DNA of 64,000 nucleotides from Sediminibacterium sp. (GTDB lineage Bacteria; Bacteroidota; Bacteroidia; Chitinophagales; Chitinophagaceae). A model generated the notes under the pieces. That model did no database searches. It had not been told where the DNA came from and worked only from the letters and a program-made list of their open reading frames with translations. Positions 18,742 through 28,959 of the stretch are shown one piece after another. Position numbers and translations under genes: made by a program. Position 1 is the first letter of the stretch, and each line of letters opens with the position of its first letter. The stretch spans positions 850 through 64,849 of the forward strand of contig JBILRH010000001.1 in assembly GCA_044372715.1 (NCBI GenBank), read 5' to 3'.

Positions 18742-21700
18742 ATGAAAATCAACAAAATCTTTTTAACACTTATCTGGTGTATTGTATTAATCGCTAAAGG
18801 GTTTACTGAAGCTAAAGCACAAAGCGGCGACCAAATATTAGATGGAATTGGTGAAACAGGATTGATTGCCAGATATATATTTAATGGAGATTTAAAAGAT
18901 TGGTCTCGCAATAATTTACATGCAAAATTCCAAGGCACTGAACCCCAATTTATTACCGATAATAGGTTTGGGAAGGTTTTGTCGCTTTCGGGAGATAAAA
19001 ATACTTTTCTTTCCCTACCTGCCGAAGCCTTAACTGATCTAGAATCTATAAGTATATCTGGATGGTTGTATTTGAGATCGAAACAAGCTGGTCAACGATT
19101 CTTTGATTTTGGAATGGATACTACAAAACATTTTTTTTCAGCCCCTGTAGGAACCGATTCCCAAGAAGGTAATCAATCAGTAATTAAAACTGGCAATAAC
19201 CAAAATAGTGTAACCGCGCCTTCAATAGAATTAAATAAATGGGTTCACCTTACCATAGTAATCGACATTCCTTCAAAATCAATCACCACTTATCTTGATA
19301 GTAGGCCTGTAGGAGAAGCAAAGGATTTGCCTATTGATTTAACCGCTTTATTTAGCCCGCAATCGAGTGATAAAAAACTGCTTTACATTGGAAAATCATT
19401 TTTACCAACGGACCCTAATTTAAACGCAGTTCTTCATGATTTCCGAATTTATAGAGTGCCATTGAGCAGAAGACAGGTAGTTGGTATTTTTAATAATGCA
19501 AAAGGTAGTACAACTGCTAATTCAGTGAATACAAATCCACGTAAAGTTGAAGATGATCTTCCAAAATTTTCTCCCAATGAACCGCAATTGTATAACGCCT
19601 ATTTAGTGCAGGTTTCTGATGTGAAAGTAGAAACAATGGTGGGCAATTTACCCCGATTTCCAAGTTTTGTAGAGGGCACTTATAAAGACGGGATGAGGGG
19701 TCCAAAAGTAAGAGTGATTTGGCCTGCAGATTTAGATAATAAAGCTGTTCTTACGCCAGGAACTTATACTGTTACTGGTAAAGTTGCAGGAACTGGTTTT
19801 CAACCAAAGGCATTTGTTACTATTAAAAAAGAAACCAAATCAATAACACCCGTTTCTAAATTGGAAGCATTTGAATTGAAAAAAGTTTCTTTGAAAACAG
19901 ATGCCCTTGGCAATAACACTAAGTTTATAGAGAATCGAGATAAATTTTTAAAACCTTTAGCGGCAACAGATCCGAATGCTTTTCTCTATATGTTTAGGCA
20001 TGCTTTTGGCCAAAAACAACCTGATGGGGTAAAACCTTTAGGTGTTTGGGACAGTAAGGATACTAAATTAAGAGGACATGCTACAGGTCATTATCTAACA
20101 GCTATTGCGCAAGCATATGCTAGTACTGGATACGACAAAACCATGCAAGCCAATTTTTCCGAAAAAATGGAGTATATGGTGAATACCCTATATGAATTAT
20201 CACAATTATCTGGTAATCCGAAAGAGGCAGGAGGCTCATTTGTAGCTGATCCAAAGCTTGTGCCACTTGGTCCTGGAAAAGCAAATTACGATTCAGACTT
20301 AAGTGATGCAGGCATTCGAAACGATTACTGGAATTGGGGCAAAGGATTTATAAGCGCTTACCCTCCTGATCAATTTATAATGCTAGAAAAAGGAGCCAAA
20401 TACGGCGGACAAAAAAATCAGGTTTGGGCTCCCTATTATACCTTACATAAGATATTGGCTGGCTTAATAGATGTATATGAAGTAAGCGGAAATAAAAAAG
20501 CACTTACGATTGCCACTAATATGGGCGACTGGGTTAATGCTCGGTTGAGCCAATTACCTAAAGACACATTGATCAAAATTTGGAACACCTACATAGCAGG
20601 TGAGTATGGAGGAATGAATGAATCAATGTCTAGATTATACCGTATAACAGGAGAACGCAATTATTTAAACACAGCACAATTATTCGATAATGTAAGAGTA
20701 TTCTTTGGTGACACTCAGCATTCACATGGGCTCGCCAAAAATGTTGATCTTTTCCGTGGCTTGCATGCCAATCAACATATACCACAGGTTATTGGTAGTG
20801 TTGAAATGTATCGAGCATCTAATGATCCGGAATATTATAAAGTAGCCGATAATTTCTGGAATAAAATAGTAAATGATTATATGTACAGTATAGGAGGTGT
20901 TGCAGGTGCACGTAATCCTAATAATGCAGAATGTTTTATTGGCCAGCCTGCAACATTATATGAAAACGGTTTATCCGCGGGAGGGCAGAACGAAACATGT
21001 GCAACTTATAATATGCTAAAATTAACCAGTGACTTATTTCTTTTTGATCAAAGAGGCGAGTTAATGGATTATTACGAGCGCAGTTTATACAATCATATTC
21101 TTGCTTCTGTTGCAGAGAATAATGCCGGAAATACCTATCATGTTCCACTAAGACCGGGATCTATTAAACAATTTGGCAATCCTAATATGACAGGGTTTAC
21201 ATGTTGCAATGGAACGGCAATAGAAAGCAATACCAAATTGCAAAATGCTATTTACTTTAAAAGCATAGATAATAAAGCATTGTATGTAAATCTCTTTGTT
21301 CCTTCAAAATTAGAATGGACAGAACGAAACATAATTGTAGAGCAAACAACATCTTATCCCAAAGAAGACCAAACCAGATTAACAATTAAGGGCAGCGGGA
21401 AGTTTGACATCAATGTTCGTGTACCTAGTTGGGCTACAAAAGGATATTCAGTAAAAATCAACGGTACTATTCAAGAGCTTCAAGCCAAGCCAGGCAGTTA
21501 TTTAAAAATAAGCCGCAAATGGAAAGAGGGTGATATAATAGACTTACAAATGCCTTTTCAATTTCATTTAGATCCTGTGATGGATCAACCGAATATAGCG
21601 AGTTTGTTTTATGGACCAATATTGTTGGCAGCTCAGGAACCAGAAGCAAGAAAAGAATGGCGAAAAATAAATTTTGATGCAGAAGATATTAGCAAATCAA

Positions 21701-21810
21701 TTAAAGGTGATCCCAAACAATTACAATTCACTATTGATGATGTAATTTTCAAACCATTCTACGAAACTTATGGTCGTCACTCAGTTTACATAGACGTTAA
21801 ATTAAAGTAG
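18742..21810 (+). CDS. Beta-L-arabinofuranosidase, GH146-like (GH127/146 clan), with N-terminal LamG and Ig-like domains
   Basis: LRGHATGHYL, WAPYYTLHK, EYGGMNE, HANQHIP, ETCATYNMLK, TCCNGT. Confidence 0.85.
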   Translation: MKINKIFLTLIWCIVLIAKGFTEAKAQSGDQILDGIGETGLIARYIFNGDLKDWSRNNLHAKFQGTEPQFITDNRFGKVLSLSGDKNTFLSLPAEALTDLESISISGWLYLRSKQAGQRFFDFGMDTTKHFFSAPVGTDSQEGNQSVIKTGNNQNSVTAPSIELNKWVHLTIVIDIPSKSITTYLDSRPVGEAKDLPIDLTALFSPQSSDKKLLYIGKSFLPTDPNLNAVLHDFRIYRVPLSRRQVVGIFNNAKGSTTANSVNTNPRKVEDDLPKFSPNEPQLYNAYLVQVSDVKVETMVGNLPRFPSFVEGTYKDGMRGPKVRVIWPADLDNKAVLTPGTYTVTGKVAGTGFQPKAFVTIKKETKSITPVSKLEAFELKKVSLKTDALGNNTKFIENRDKFLKPLAATDPNAFLYMFRHAFGQKQPDGVKPLGVWDSKDTKLRGHATGHYLTAIAQAYASTGYDKTMQANFSEKMEYMVNTLYELSQLSGNPKEAGGSFVADPKLVPLGPGKANYDSDLSDAGIRNDYWNWGKGFISAYPPDQFIMLEKGAKYGGQKNQVWAPYYTLHKILAGLIDVYEVSGNKKALTIATNMGDWVNARLSQLPKDTLIKIWNTYIAGEYGGMNESMSRLYRITGERNYLNTAQLFDNVRVFFGDTQHSHGLAKNVDLFRGLHANQHIPQVIGSVEMYRASNDPEYYKVADNFWNKIVNDYMYSIGGVAGARNPNNAECFIGQPATLYENGLSAGGQNETCATYNMLKLTSDLFLFDQRGELMDYYERSLYNHILASVAENNAGNTYHVPLRPGSIKQFGNPNMTGFTCCNGTAIESNTKLQNAIYFKSIDNKALYVNLFVPSKLEWTERNIIVEQTTSYPKEDQTRLTIKGSGKFDINVRVPSWATKGYSVKINGTIQELQAKPGSYLKISRKWKEGDIIDLQMPFQFHLDPVMDQPNIASLFYGPILLAAQEPEARKEWRKINFDAEDISKSIKGDPKQLQFTIDDVIFKPFYETYGRHSVYIDVKLK

Positions 21811-21828
21811 TATTCCTTACCGCAACAT

Positions 21829-21871
21829 AAGCAGCGTTAGTAACCCTAAATAGGATTTACTAACGCTGCTT
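21829..21871. terminator. Bidirectional terminator between convergent GH146 and M1 genes
   Basis: 15-bp perfect stem AAGCAGCGTTAGTAA/TTACTAACGCTGCTT. Confidence 0.75.
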
Positions 21872-23537
21872 TTACATAATACATCTTCTCTATTGAAAGT
21901 GGTGAAAGCAACTCAGCATCCCCCACTTGTAAATCGGTACTCTTCCAATTATCAGAAGGAATGAAACGAATGATCCGGTCGTTTAACTTGATCAATATAG
22001 GAAGGTTAAACCCTTGTACCACATTCGTATACCTATAAAATATTTTATCCTTTTTTGCACTGAAATAAAACTCAAATTTTGGAACCATTATAGTTCTTAG
22101 ATATTGATCAAACACTTTACTATAATCATATCCAGTTTTTTTAGAAATATAATTTTCGATATCTGATGAATTCACCGTTTTATGATAGAACTCGCTATTA
22201 AGTCCGCGCAATATTTTTCTAAACAGATCATCATCATTCAATGAGTGTCTTATTGAATGCAACATATTACTAGGCTTTGGATACATATCCCCACTACCCT
22301 GTGCATTTACATTGTAAGGTGCAATAACTGTTTTATCGTTGCGGATTCCACGTCTTATCCCATGATTATAAGCATTGGCTGCTTCTACACCAAAAGTATA
22401 ATCAATATAAAGTGTTTCACTATAATTAGTAAAGCCTTCATGCACCCACATATCAGCAAGATCATTGGTAGTAATATTATTTCCAAACCATTCATGCCCA
22501 CTTTCATGCACAATAATAAAATCCCATTTCATTCCCCAGCCAGTTCCTGAACCATCGCGTCCCCCATAACCAAAACGATATTTATTACCATAAGATACAG
22601 CAGATTGGTGTTCCATTCCAGAATTAGAAACGTCAATCAATTTATATCCATCTTCATAAAACGGGTAAGGTCCAAACCAATATTCAAAACTGTTTAACAT
22701 CAATTTCACTTGGTCTGGCATATAATTTTTTGCCCGATTATAATTATAATCAAGCACCCAATAGTTCAAATCTAATATGCCTTTCTCTCCTTTGTATGCT
22801 TCAGCAAAGTTTACATACTTTCCAATATAAGGAATGATGCAATAATTACTAATTGGATTAACTACATTCCATTTGTAAGTGGCTGTGCCGTTTCCATTGT
22901 CCTTTTTAAATTCCATCCTTCCCATAGCAATCGCAACAAGTGAATCTGGCACTGTCATTGAGAGCGATGCCCCTAAATTAGGTTCATCGCTTTGATGGTC
23001 TTTGCAAGGATACCAAATTGAAGCTCCTTTTTCTCCCTGACATGTTACGGTCATCCAAGGCCTTCCTAAAGAATCTTTGGTAAATGTCCATCCCCCATCC
23101 CATGGAGGTCGCACAGCCTCATGTGCTTTACCCTGAAAATAAACATCAACAAGATTATTGGCGTTTCGCTTCTGCTTAGGAACAGCAACATGCCAAGCTG
23201 CACCATCTTTTATAAAGGATAGTTTTTGCTTTTTATTGTACACTATACTATCAATAATTAAAGGATCCTTTAAATCGATTTGCATCATAGCTCCTTTATT
23301 ATCGTTCACTACTTTATAACTTATACTACTTATGCCTGCAATAGATTTGTTGGTATAATCGGGGGTTACAGCAATATCATATCGCATAATATCCCACCAA
23401 GAACGTTCAGGATTAATTGAACCACGTAAAGTATCGTCTCGTGTGAAAATTTTATTGTTTTGTGCACTTGCCTGACCAAAATGAATTATCAAAACAACTA
23501 TGATTGTAAACATATTTTTATTGATAATCATATTCAT
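21846..23537 (-). CDS. M1 family metallo-aminopeptidase (secreted)
   Basis: GMEHQS, HESGHEWFGN, downstream HEGF; signal peptide. Confidence 0.9.
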   Translation of the reverse strand: MNMIINKNMFTIIVVLIIHFGQASAQNNKIFTRDDTLRGSINPERSWWDIMRYDIAVTPDYTNKSIAGISSISYKVVNDNKGAMMQIDLKDPLIIDSIVYNKKQKLSFIKDGAAWHVAVPKQKRNANNLVDVYFQGKAHEAVRPPWDGGWTFTKDSLGRPWMTVTCQGEKGASIWYPCKDHQSDEPNLGASLSMTVPDSLVAIAMGRMEFKKDNGNGTATYKWNVVNPISNYCIIPYIGKYVNFAEAYKGEKGILDLNYWVLDYNYNRAKNYMPDQVKLMLNSFEYWFGPYPFYEDGYKLIDVSNSGMEHQSAVSYGNKYRFGYGGRDGSGTGWGMKWDFIIVHESGHEWFGNNITTNDLADMWVHEGFTNYSETLYIDYTFGVEAANAYNHGIRRGIRNDKTVIAPYNVNAQGSGDMYPKPSNMLHSIRHSLNDDDLFRKILRGLNSEFYHKTVNSSDIENYISKKTGYDYSKVFDQYLRTIMVPKFEFYFSAKKDKIFYRYTNVVQGFNLPILIKLNDRIIRFIPSDNWKSTDLQVGDAELLSPLSIEKMYYVKAALVNPI

Positions 23538-23706
23538 AGAAGTAGATTTAAAGTTTGTCTTTCAAATATGCTTCTAATAACGAATAAATCATTTGCAGTA
23601 ATTACCAGAAGCTTAGCCATTCTTAACCTTTGAATCTAAGATTGGTTAAGTCAATATCTGCAAAGATTTAATCAAACAAGAGGAATTAGCTGGTGAACAG
23701 TGATCT

Positions 23707-23714
23707 TAAATTTG
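23707..23714 (+). promoter_or_regulatory. -7 promoter box (TAAATTTG) for GH27-GH31
   Basis: TAnnTTTG ~33 nt upstream of the ATG at 23748. Confidence 0.5.
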
Positions 23715-23747
23715 TTTTAATACTCAATTCATTTAAATAGCATAGAA

Positions 23748-25997
23748 ATGGCAAAATTCATAATTCGCTGGGCAATGACTGTTCTTTTGTTACTCTGCAA
23801 GTTTAACTCTAGCGCACAAAATAAGGGAGCAATTTTTTTACCGAAAGCAAAATTCATAACAGGCGATAATCAAATATGGAGTAATGCTTCTTTCAACGAT
23901 GAATCGTGGAAAGAAATTGAAACTGGCAAGGTTTGGCAAAATCAATCTTACGCCAATTATCATGGATATGCTTGGTATAGAATTCATGTTCGTATTCCTT
24001 CCTCACTAAAAAATAATGCTTTATGGAAAGATAGTTTAAGAATTTTTTTAGCACATGTTAACGATGTGGATGATACTTATTTAAATGGGGTAAAAATTGG
24101 CCATATTGGTGGTTTCCCAGATGAACAAGGTGGTTATGTGAGTAAATGGCCAGCCATAAGAGATTATCATTTAGCAATTACAAATCCGGCAATTCGCTGG
24201 GATGAAGAAAATATAATAGCGATACGTGTATATGATGGGGGCGGAACTGGTGGCATTTTTATGGGAAAACCATATATTGATATGGTTGAGAAAATGGATG
24301 GCATTTCGGTAAGTATGTCTAATCAAACCTTAAAATACAATTCCAACAATAGTGTAAATGCCGCTGTAGTAATTGAGAACAAATTTAATACTACAGTTCC
24401 TGGATCAATTGAATATGTAATTACCAATGCTGCTGAGCATAAAAAAATATTGGAGAAAAAAATATTCATTCGATTAAAACCATTCGAAAAATATGAAATA
24501 CCTATTAAACTCCCAAGTACCGAAGGTATTCAGTTTGGATATTCTTATATAAGTGAAGAATCTACACGCGAATTAAAACAAAACATTGTAGTTCCCTATT
24601 TATTAACTCCAACTACAAGTAAAAAACCTAGCATAAATACACCAGCTGTTACAGGTGTAAAACCAGGTTCGCCTTTTATCTATTTGATTCCAGTAAGTGG
24701 CATTAGACCAATGCAGTATACAATTAAAAATCTTCCTACGGGATTAGTATTAAATCAAAATACTGGAGTAATTACAGGCTCAATAAAACAAGCTGGAGAT
24801 TATACCATTGTAATCAACGCAACAAATGCTGTTGGGAAAGCTCAAAAAAAACTCACTATAAAAGTAGGTAACACCCTTTCGCTTACACCTCCTATGGGAT
24901 GGAATAGTTGGAATTGTTGGGGTTTAAGTGTAAGCGATGAAAAAGTTAGAAGCTCAGCAAAAGCGATGATCGATAAAGGATTGGTAAATCATGGTTGGTC
25001 TTATATCAATATAGATGATGGATGGGAAGCTGCTGAACGCTTAAAAGATGGAACTATAACAGCCAATGAAAAATTTCCTGATATGAAAAAGTTAGGAGAT
25101 TGGCTTCATAATAATGGTTTACGTTTTGGAATTTACACCTCCCCTGGCGAAAAAACCTGTGGTGGATATTTAGGATCCTTAGGGCATGAATTACAAGATG
25201 CTACAACTTATGCATCTTGGGGAGTTGATTATTTGAAACATGATTGGTGCAGCTATAGCGATGTTGTAAAAAATCAAGATACATCAATTGCAAACTATAT
25301 AAAACCTTATACTGTTATGCAAAATGCTTTGGCAAAACAGAATCGAGATATCTACTATAGTCTTTGCCAATACGGAATGAAGAATGTATCTGCTTGGGGG
25401 CCATCGGTGAATGCACAAAGCTGGAGAACTACAGGAGATATTGAAGATACATGGGAGAGTTTAAAAAGGATTGGATTTTCACAAGCAGACTTGTATAAAT
25501 ATGCAAAACCTGGTGGATGGAATGATCCCGACATGATGATTGTGGGGATGGTTGGTTGGGGAGAAAATCTTCATCCAACCAGATTAAATCCTTATGAACA
25601 GTATACGCATGTTAGCTTATGGAGTTTATTGAGTGCTCCATTATTAATTGGATGTGATTTAAGTAAGCTAGATCAATTTACTTTGAACTTATTAACCAAC
25701 GATGCTGTAATTGCTATTAATCAAGATTCCTTGGGCAAGCAGGCGCAACAAATAATTAAAAATGAAAGCCATCAAGTTTGGGTAAAAGAATTAGCGGATG
25801 GAAGTAAAGCCATAGGCATTTTCAACATGAGTTCGAACTATCAGGATTTTACTATTCAATGGACTGATCTTGGATTAAAAAATAAACAACTGGTTACAGA
25901 TGTTTGGCGTCAATAATCAAAAGGAATAATTGAAGATAGATATACATCAGCAATACCTCCTCACGGTGTGAAATTAATCAGAGTATTAAATAAATAA
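23748..25997 (+). CDS. GH27 alpha-galactosidase (beta-sandwich + He_PIG Ig + catalytic domain) with premature TAA at 25914-25916
   Basis: TPPMGWNSW, NIDDGW, YLKHDWC, SWRTTGDI, WNDPDMM; the frame continues past the stop as SKGIIEDRYTSAIPPHGVKLIRVLNK to TAA at 25995-25997. Confidence 0.88.
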
Positions 25998-26006
25998 AAA
26001 AACATT

Positions 26007-28862
26007 ATGAAAAAAGTATCCAAGCTTTTATTAATAGCCTTAATGCTATTTTATTCTTTTAATGCAATTAGTCAAAACAAATTTACCTATCAAGTATTTA
26101 ATAATACATTAAATATAGAATCGAATGGGATTTCGAAAAAAATAAGTTTTGTAGATAGCTCTATCATTTCTGTATCAATGAGAAAGTTGGATCATAATGA
26201 AGCATTTAAAAGTTTAGTAGTAGAAAATTTACCAAAGGTTAAATTGATGATTACTGTAAAAGACTTGAGGGATAGTTTAATTGTGAAAGGAGGAAAATTA
26301 GAATTGATTGTACAAAAAAAGGATGCGAGTATAACATTTAAAAATCGTGGAAACCAATTAATTAAAGAAACATATCTTAATACCAATAATAGTTTTACCG
26401 ATATCGATGACGGCCCTAAAAAGGCATTTTCTATTCAACAAAATTTTGTATTGTCTCCCAATGAAGGAGTTTATGGGCTAGGAGAATTTCAAGATGGCAT
26501 TATCAATAGAAGAGGAAAGAAGATCACCATGGTACAATCCAATCAACAAGATGTGATCCCTTTTATTGTTTCTACAAATAATTATGGCATTTTATGGGAT
26601 AATTATTCAAAAACAATTTTTAATGATGATAACAATGGCATGTCGTTTTGGTCTGAAATTGCTGATGAGATAAACTATTATTTAATTGCTGCTAAAAATA
26701 TGGATGGAGTAATTGCTGGTTATAGAAAAATAACTGGTGATGCTCCAATGTTTAGCAAATCTGCTTTTGGCTATTGGCAAAGTCGGGAAAGATATACCAG
26801 CTCCGATCAAGTTTTAAATATTGCTTCGGAATATAGAAAAAGGAATATCCCTATCGACAATATTGTGCTTGATTGGAATTATTGGGGCGGAAATCAATAT
26901 TGGAGTGGAATGCGTTTTGATCGAAAATTTTTTCCCAACCCCGATTCATTAATTAGTACACTTCATGACAAGTATAATTTAAAGTTTATGATTTCAATAT
27001 GGCCTTGCGTGGGGCCTGAAACAGATATTTACAAAGAATTAGACGCAAACGAATTATTATTTAAAGGCAATAGTTTTTTCACCGCCAAAAAAGCAAGAAT
27101 TTATGATGCATTTAGTAGTAAAGGCAGAGATATCTACTTTAAATATGTAATAGACTCTTTACTGAAAAGAGGAGTTGATGCATTGTGGATGGATGGAACT
27201 GAACCAGAATTTGATGATAGTCAAAATCCATTAATTAGCGAAAAGGGAATAAAAAAAGGAGGTAATTCAGTAATAGGGTCACTCGCTCGATACCTGAATG
27301 CATACTCGTTAATGACAACAAAAGGTGGATATGAGAAACAAAGAGAATTTAGCAATACCAAAAGAGTGTTCACGCTTACCAGATCTTCATTTGCAGGTCA
27401 ACAAAAATATGGAGCTGTAACATGGTCTGGCGATAATGGATCTAACTGGAATACGCTAAAAAATCAAATTGCAAACGGAATTGATTTTTCCATGGCTGGT
27501 ATTCCTTACTGGACGCATGATATAGGTGGTTTTTTTCCAGGTTATTTTGAAGGTCAATATCCAACTGGTATTCAATCTGCTGCTTGGAGAGAGCTTTATA
27601 TCAGGTGGTTTCAATTTGGTGCGTTTACGCCAATTTTTCGATCACATGGAACCGGAACAAGAAGAGAAATCTGGAATTTTGGAGAACCAGGTAATGAAAT
27701 GTATGAAGCGTTAATGGATTTTAACCACTTGCGTTATCGGCTTCTTCCTTATATCTACAATACCTCTTGGCAAGTTCATAGCAAAGGATTTAGTTTCATT
27801 CGAGGTCTGATGATGGATGCTCCTTCAGACACTGCCACTTATAATTTGAATGGTCAATACATGTTTGGAACTGATTTTCTTGTAAAACCTGTGACCAAAG
27901 AAATGTATAATCCTCGACTTGTTAAATTACAAACATTACCTATAAATTTTCTATCAACAAATGAGGGAAATACTGGATTAAATGCAGAATATTTTAATGG
28001 AAATCGATTTAATACACAATTAGGAACTAGGATTGATACTAGTTTTGAATTTGAGCATAATTCAGCTTCTATTAGTTCGATGAAAATAGCTCAAAAAAAC
28101 CCTTTTAGTATTCGCTGGAATGGATTTTTAAAAGTACCTGAAACAGGTGAGTACATATTGGGCGCTGATGCAGATGATGGAGTTAAAATTTGGATTGAGG
28201 ATCAATTACTGGTTAATGAATGGTTTGACAAACCGGTGTCTACATCGTTTAACAAGATATTTCTAGATGCCAATAAACCTTATAAAGTTAGAATAGAGTA
28301 TTACCAAAATAATGGAGGTGCCTATTTTCGCCTTGGCTATTTACCTCCCTCAGATTTAAGCAAATGGAAAAAAAATATCATTGATACTGTATCTACTTAT
28401 TTACCAAAAGGTAATAATTGGTTTAATTTTTGGACTGGCAAAAAACATCTAGGCGGGAATTCCACTTCAATTATTTGTCCTTTAAACAGGATGCCATTAT
28501 TTGTAAGATCAGGAACAATTCTTCCTTTGGCAGACACAATGCAATTTAGCACTCAAAAAAGCAATGATACTTTAGAAATTAGAATCTATCCTGGCAAAGA
28601 TGGAACACTTGAATTGTATGAAGACGAAAATGATAGTTATAACTATGAAAAGGGATTATACTCTATAATTAAATTCAATTGGAACAATAATAAAAAAAGT
28701 CTTACAATACATTCAAGAAAAGGAACATTTCCTGGAATAATTAACAATCGATTATTTAAAATTGTTATAGTTGACGAATCAAAAGGCAATGGCATTTATT
28801 GGTCAAAACTATTTGATAAAATAGTGCCTTATTCAGGAAAAGAAATAACAGTTCAGTTTTAG
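26007..28862 (+). CDS. GH31 glycosidase (alpha-xylosidase-like) with PA14 insert and C-terminal DUF5110-like domain
   Basis: GYWQSRERY, WMDGTEP, WSGD, HDIGGF, FRSHGT; PA14 FSIRWNG..ADDGV; LYEDENDSYNYEKG. Confidence 0.88.
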   Translation: MKKVSKLLLIALMLFYSFNAISQNKFTYQVFNNTLNIESNGISKKISFVDSSIISVSMRKLDHNEAFKSLVVENLPKVKLMITVKDLRDSLIVKGGKLELIVQKKDASITFKNRGNQLIKETYLNTNNSFTDIDDGPKKAFSIQQNFVLSPNEGVYGLGEFQDGIINRRGKKITMVQSNQQDVIPFIVSTNNYGILWDNYSKTIFNDDNNGMSFWSEIADEINYYLIAAKNMDGVIAGYRKITGDAPMFSKSAFGYWQSRERYTSSDQVLNIASEYRKRNIPIDNIVLDWNYWGGNQYWSGMRFDRKFFPNPDSLISTLHDKYNLKFMISIWPCVGPETDIYKELDANELLFKGNSFFTAKKARIYDAFSSKGRDIYFKYVIDSLLKRGVDALWMDGTEPEFDDSQNPLISEKGIKKGGNSVIGSLARYLNAYSLMTTKGGYEKQREFSNTKRVFTLTRSSFAGQQKYGAVTWSGDNGSNWNTLKNQIANGIDFSMAGIPYWTHDIGGFFPGYFEGQYPTGIQSAAWRELYIRWFQFGAFTPIFRSHGTGTRREIWNFGEPGNEMYEALMDFNHLRYRLLPYIYNTSWQVHSKGFSFIRGLMMDAPSDTATYNLNGQYMFGTDFLVKPVTKEMYNPRLVKLQTLPINFLSTNEGNTGLNAEYFNGNRFNTQLGTRIDTSFEFEHNSASISSMKIAQKNPFSIRWNGFLKVPETGEYILGADADDGVKIWIEDQLLVNEWFDKPVSTSFNKIFLDANKPYKVRIEYYQNNGGAYFRLGYLPPSDLSKWKKNIIDTVSTYLPKGNNWFNFWTGKKHLGGNSTSIICPLNRMPLFVRSGTILPLADTMQFSTQKSNDTLEIRIYPGKDGTLELYEDENDSYNYEKGLYSIIKFNWNNNKKSLTIHSRKGTFPGIINNRLFKIVIVDESKGNGIYWSKLFDKIVPYSGKEITVQF

Positions 28863-28901
28863 CGAATTTATAAGGTTAAAAAATTAAGTAGATACAATAG
28901 A

Positions 28902-28945
28902 AAACGCGATGAGCTTGCTAGAATTCTAGCAAGCTCATCGCGTTT
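28902..28945. terminator. 44-bp perfect palindrome between convergent GH31 and GH43 genes
   Basis: AAACGCGATGAGCTTGCTAGAA|TTCTAGCAAGCTCATCGCGTTT, no spacer. Confidence 0.8.
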
Positions 28946-28959
28946 AAAGATTTAGAAGT

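Noticed and set aside
25914-25916. Programmed recoding (Sec/Pyl) or alternative genetic code
   Set aside because: The codon is TAA, used as a normal stop throughout the window; a point mutation or sequencing error is simpler.
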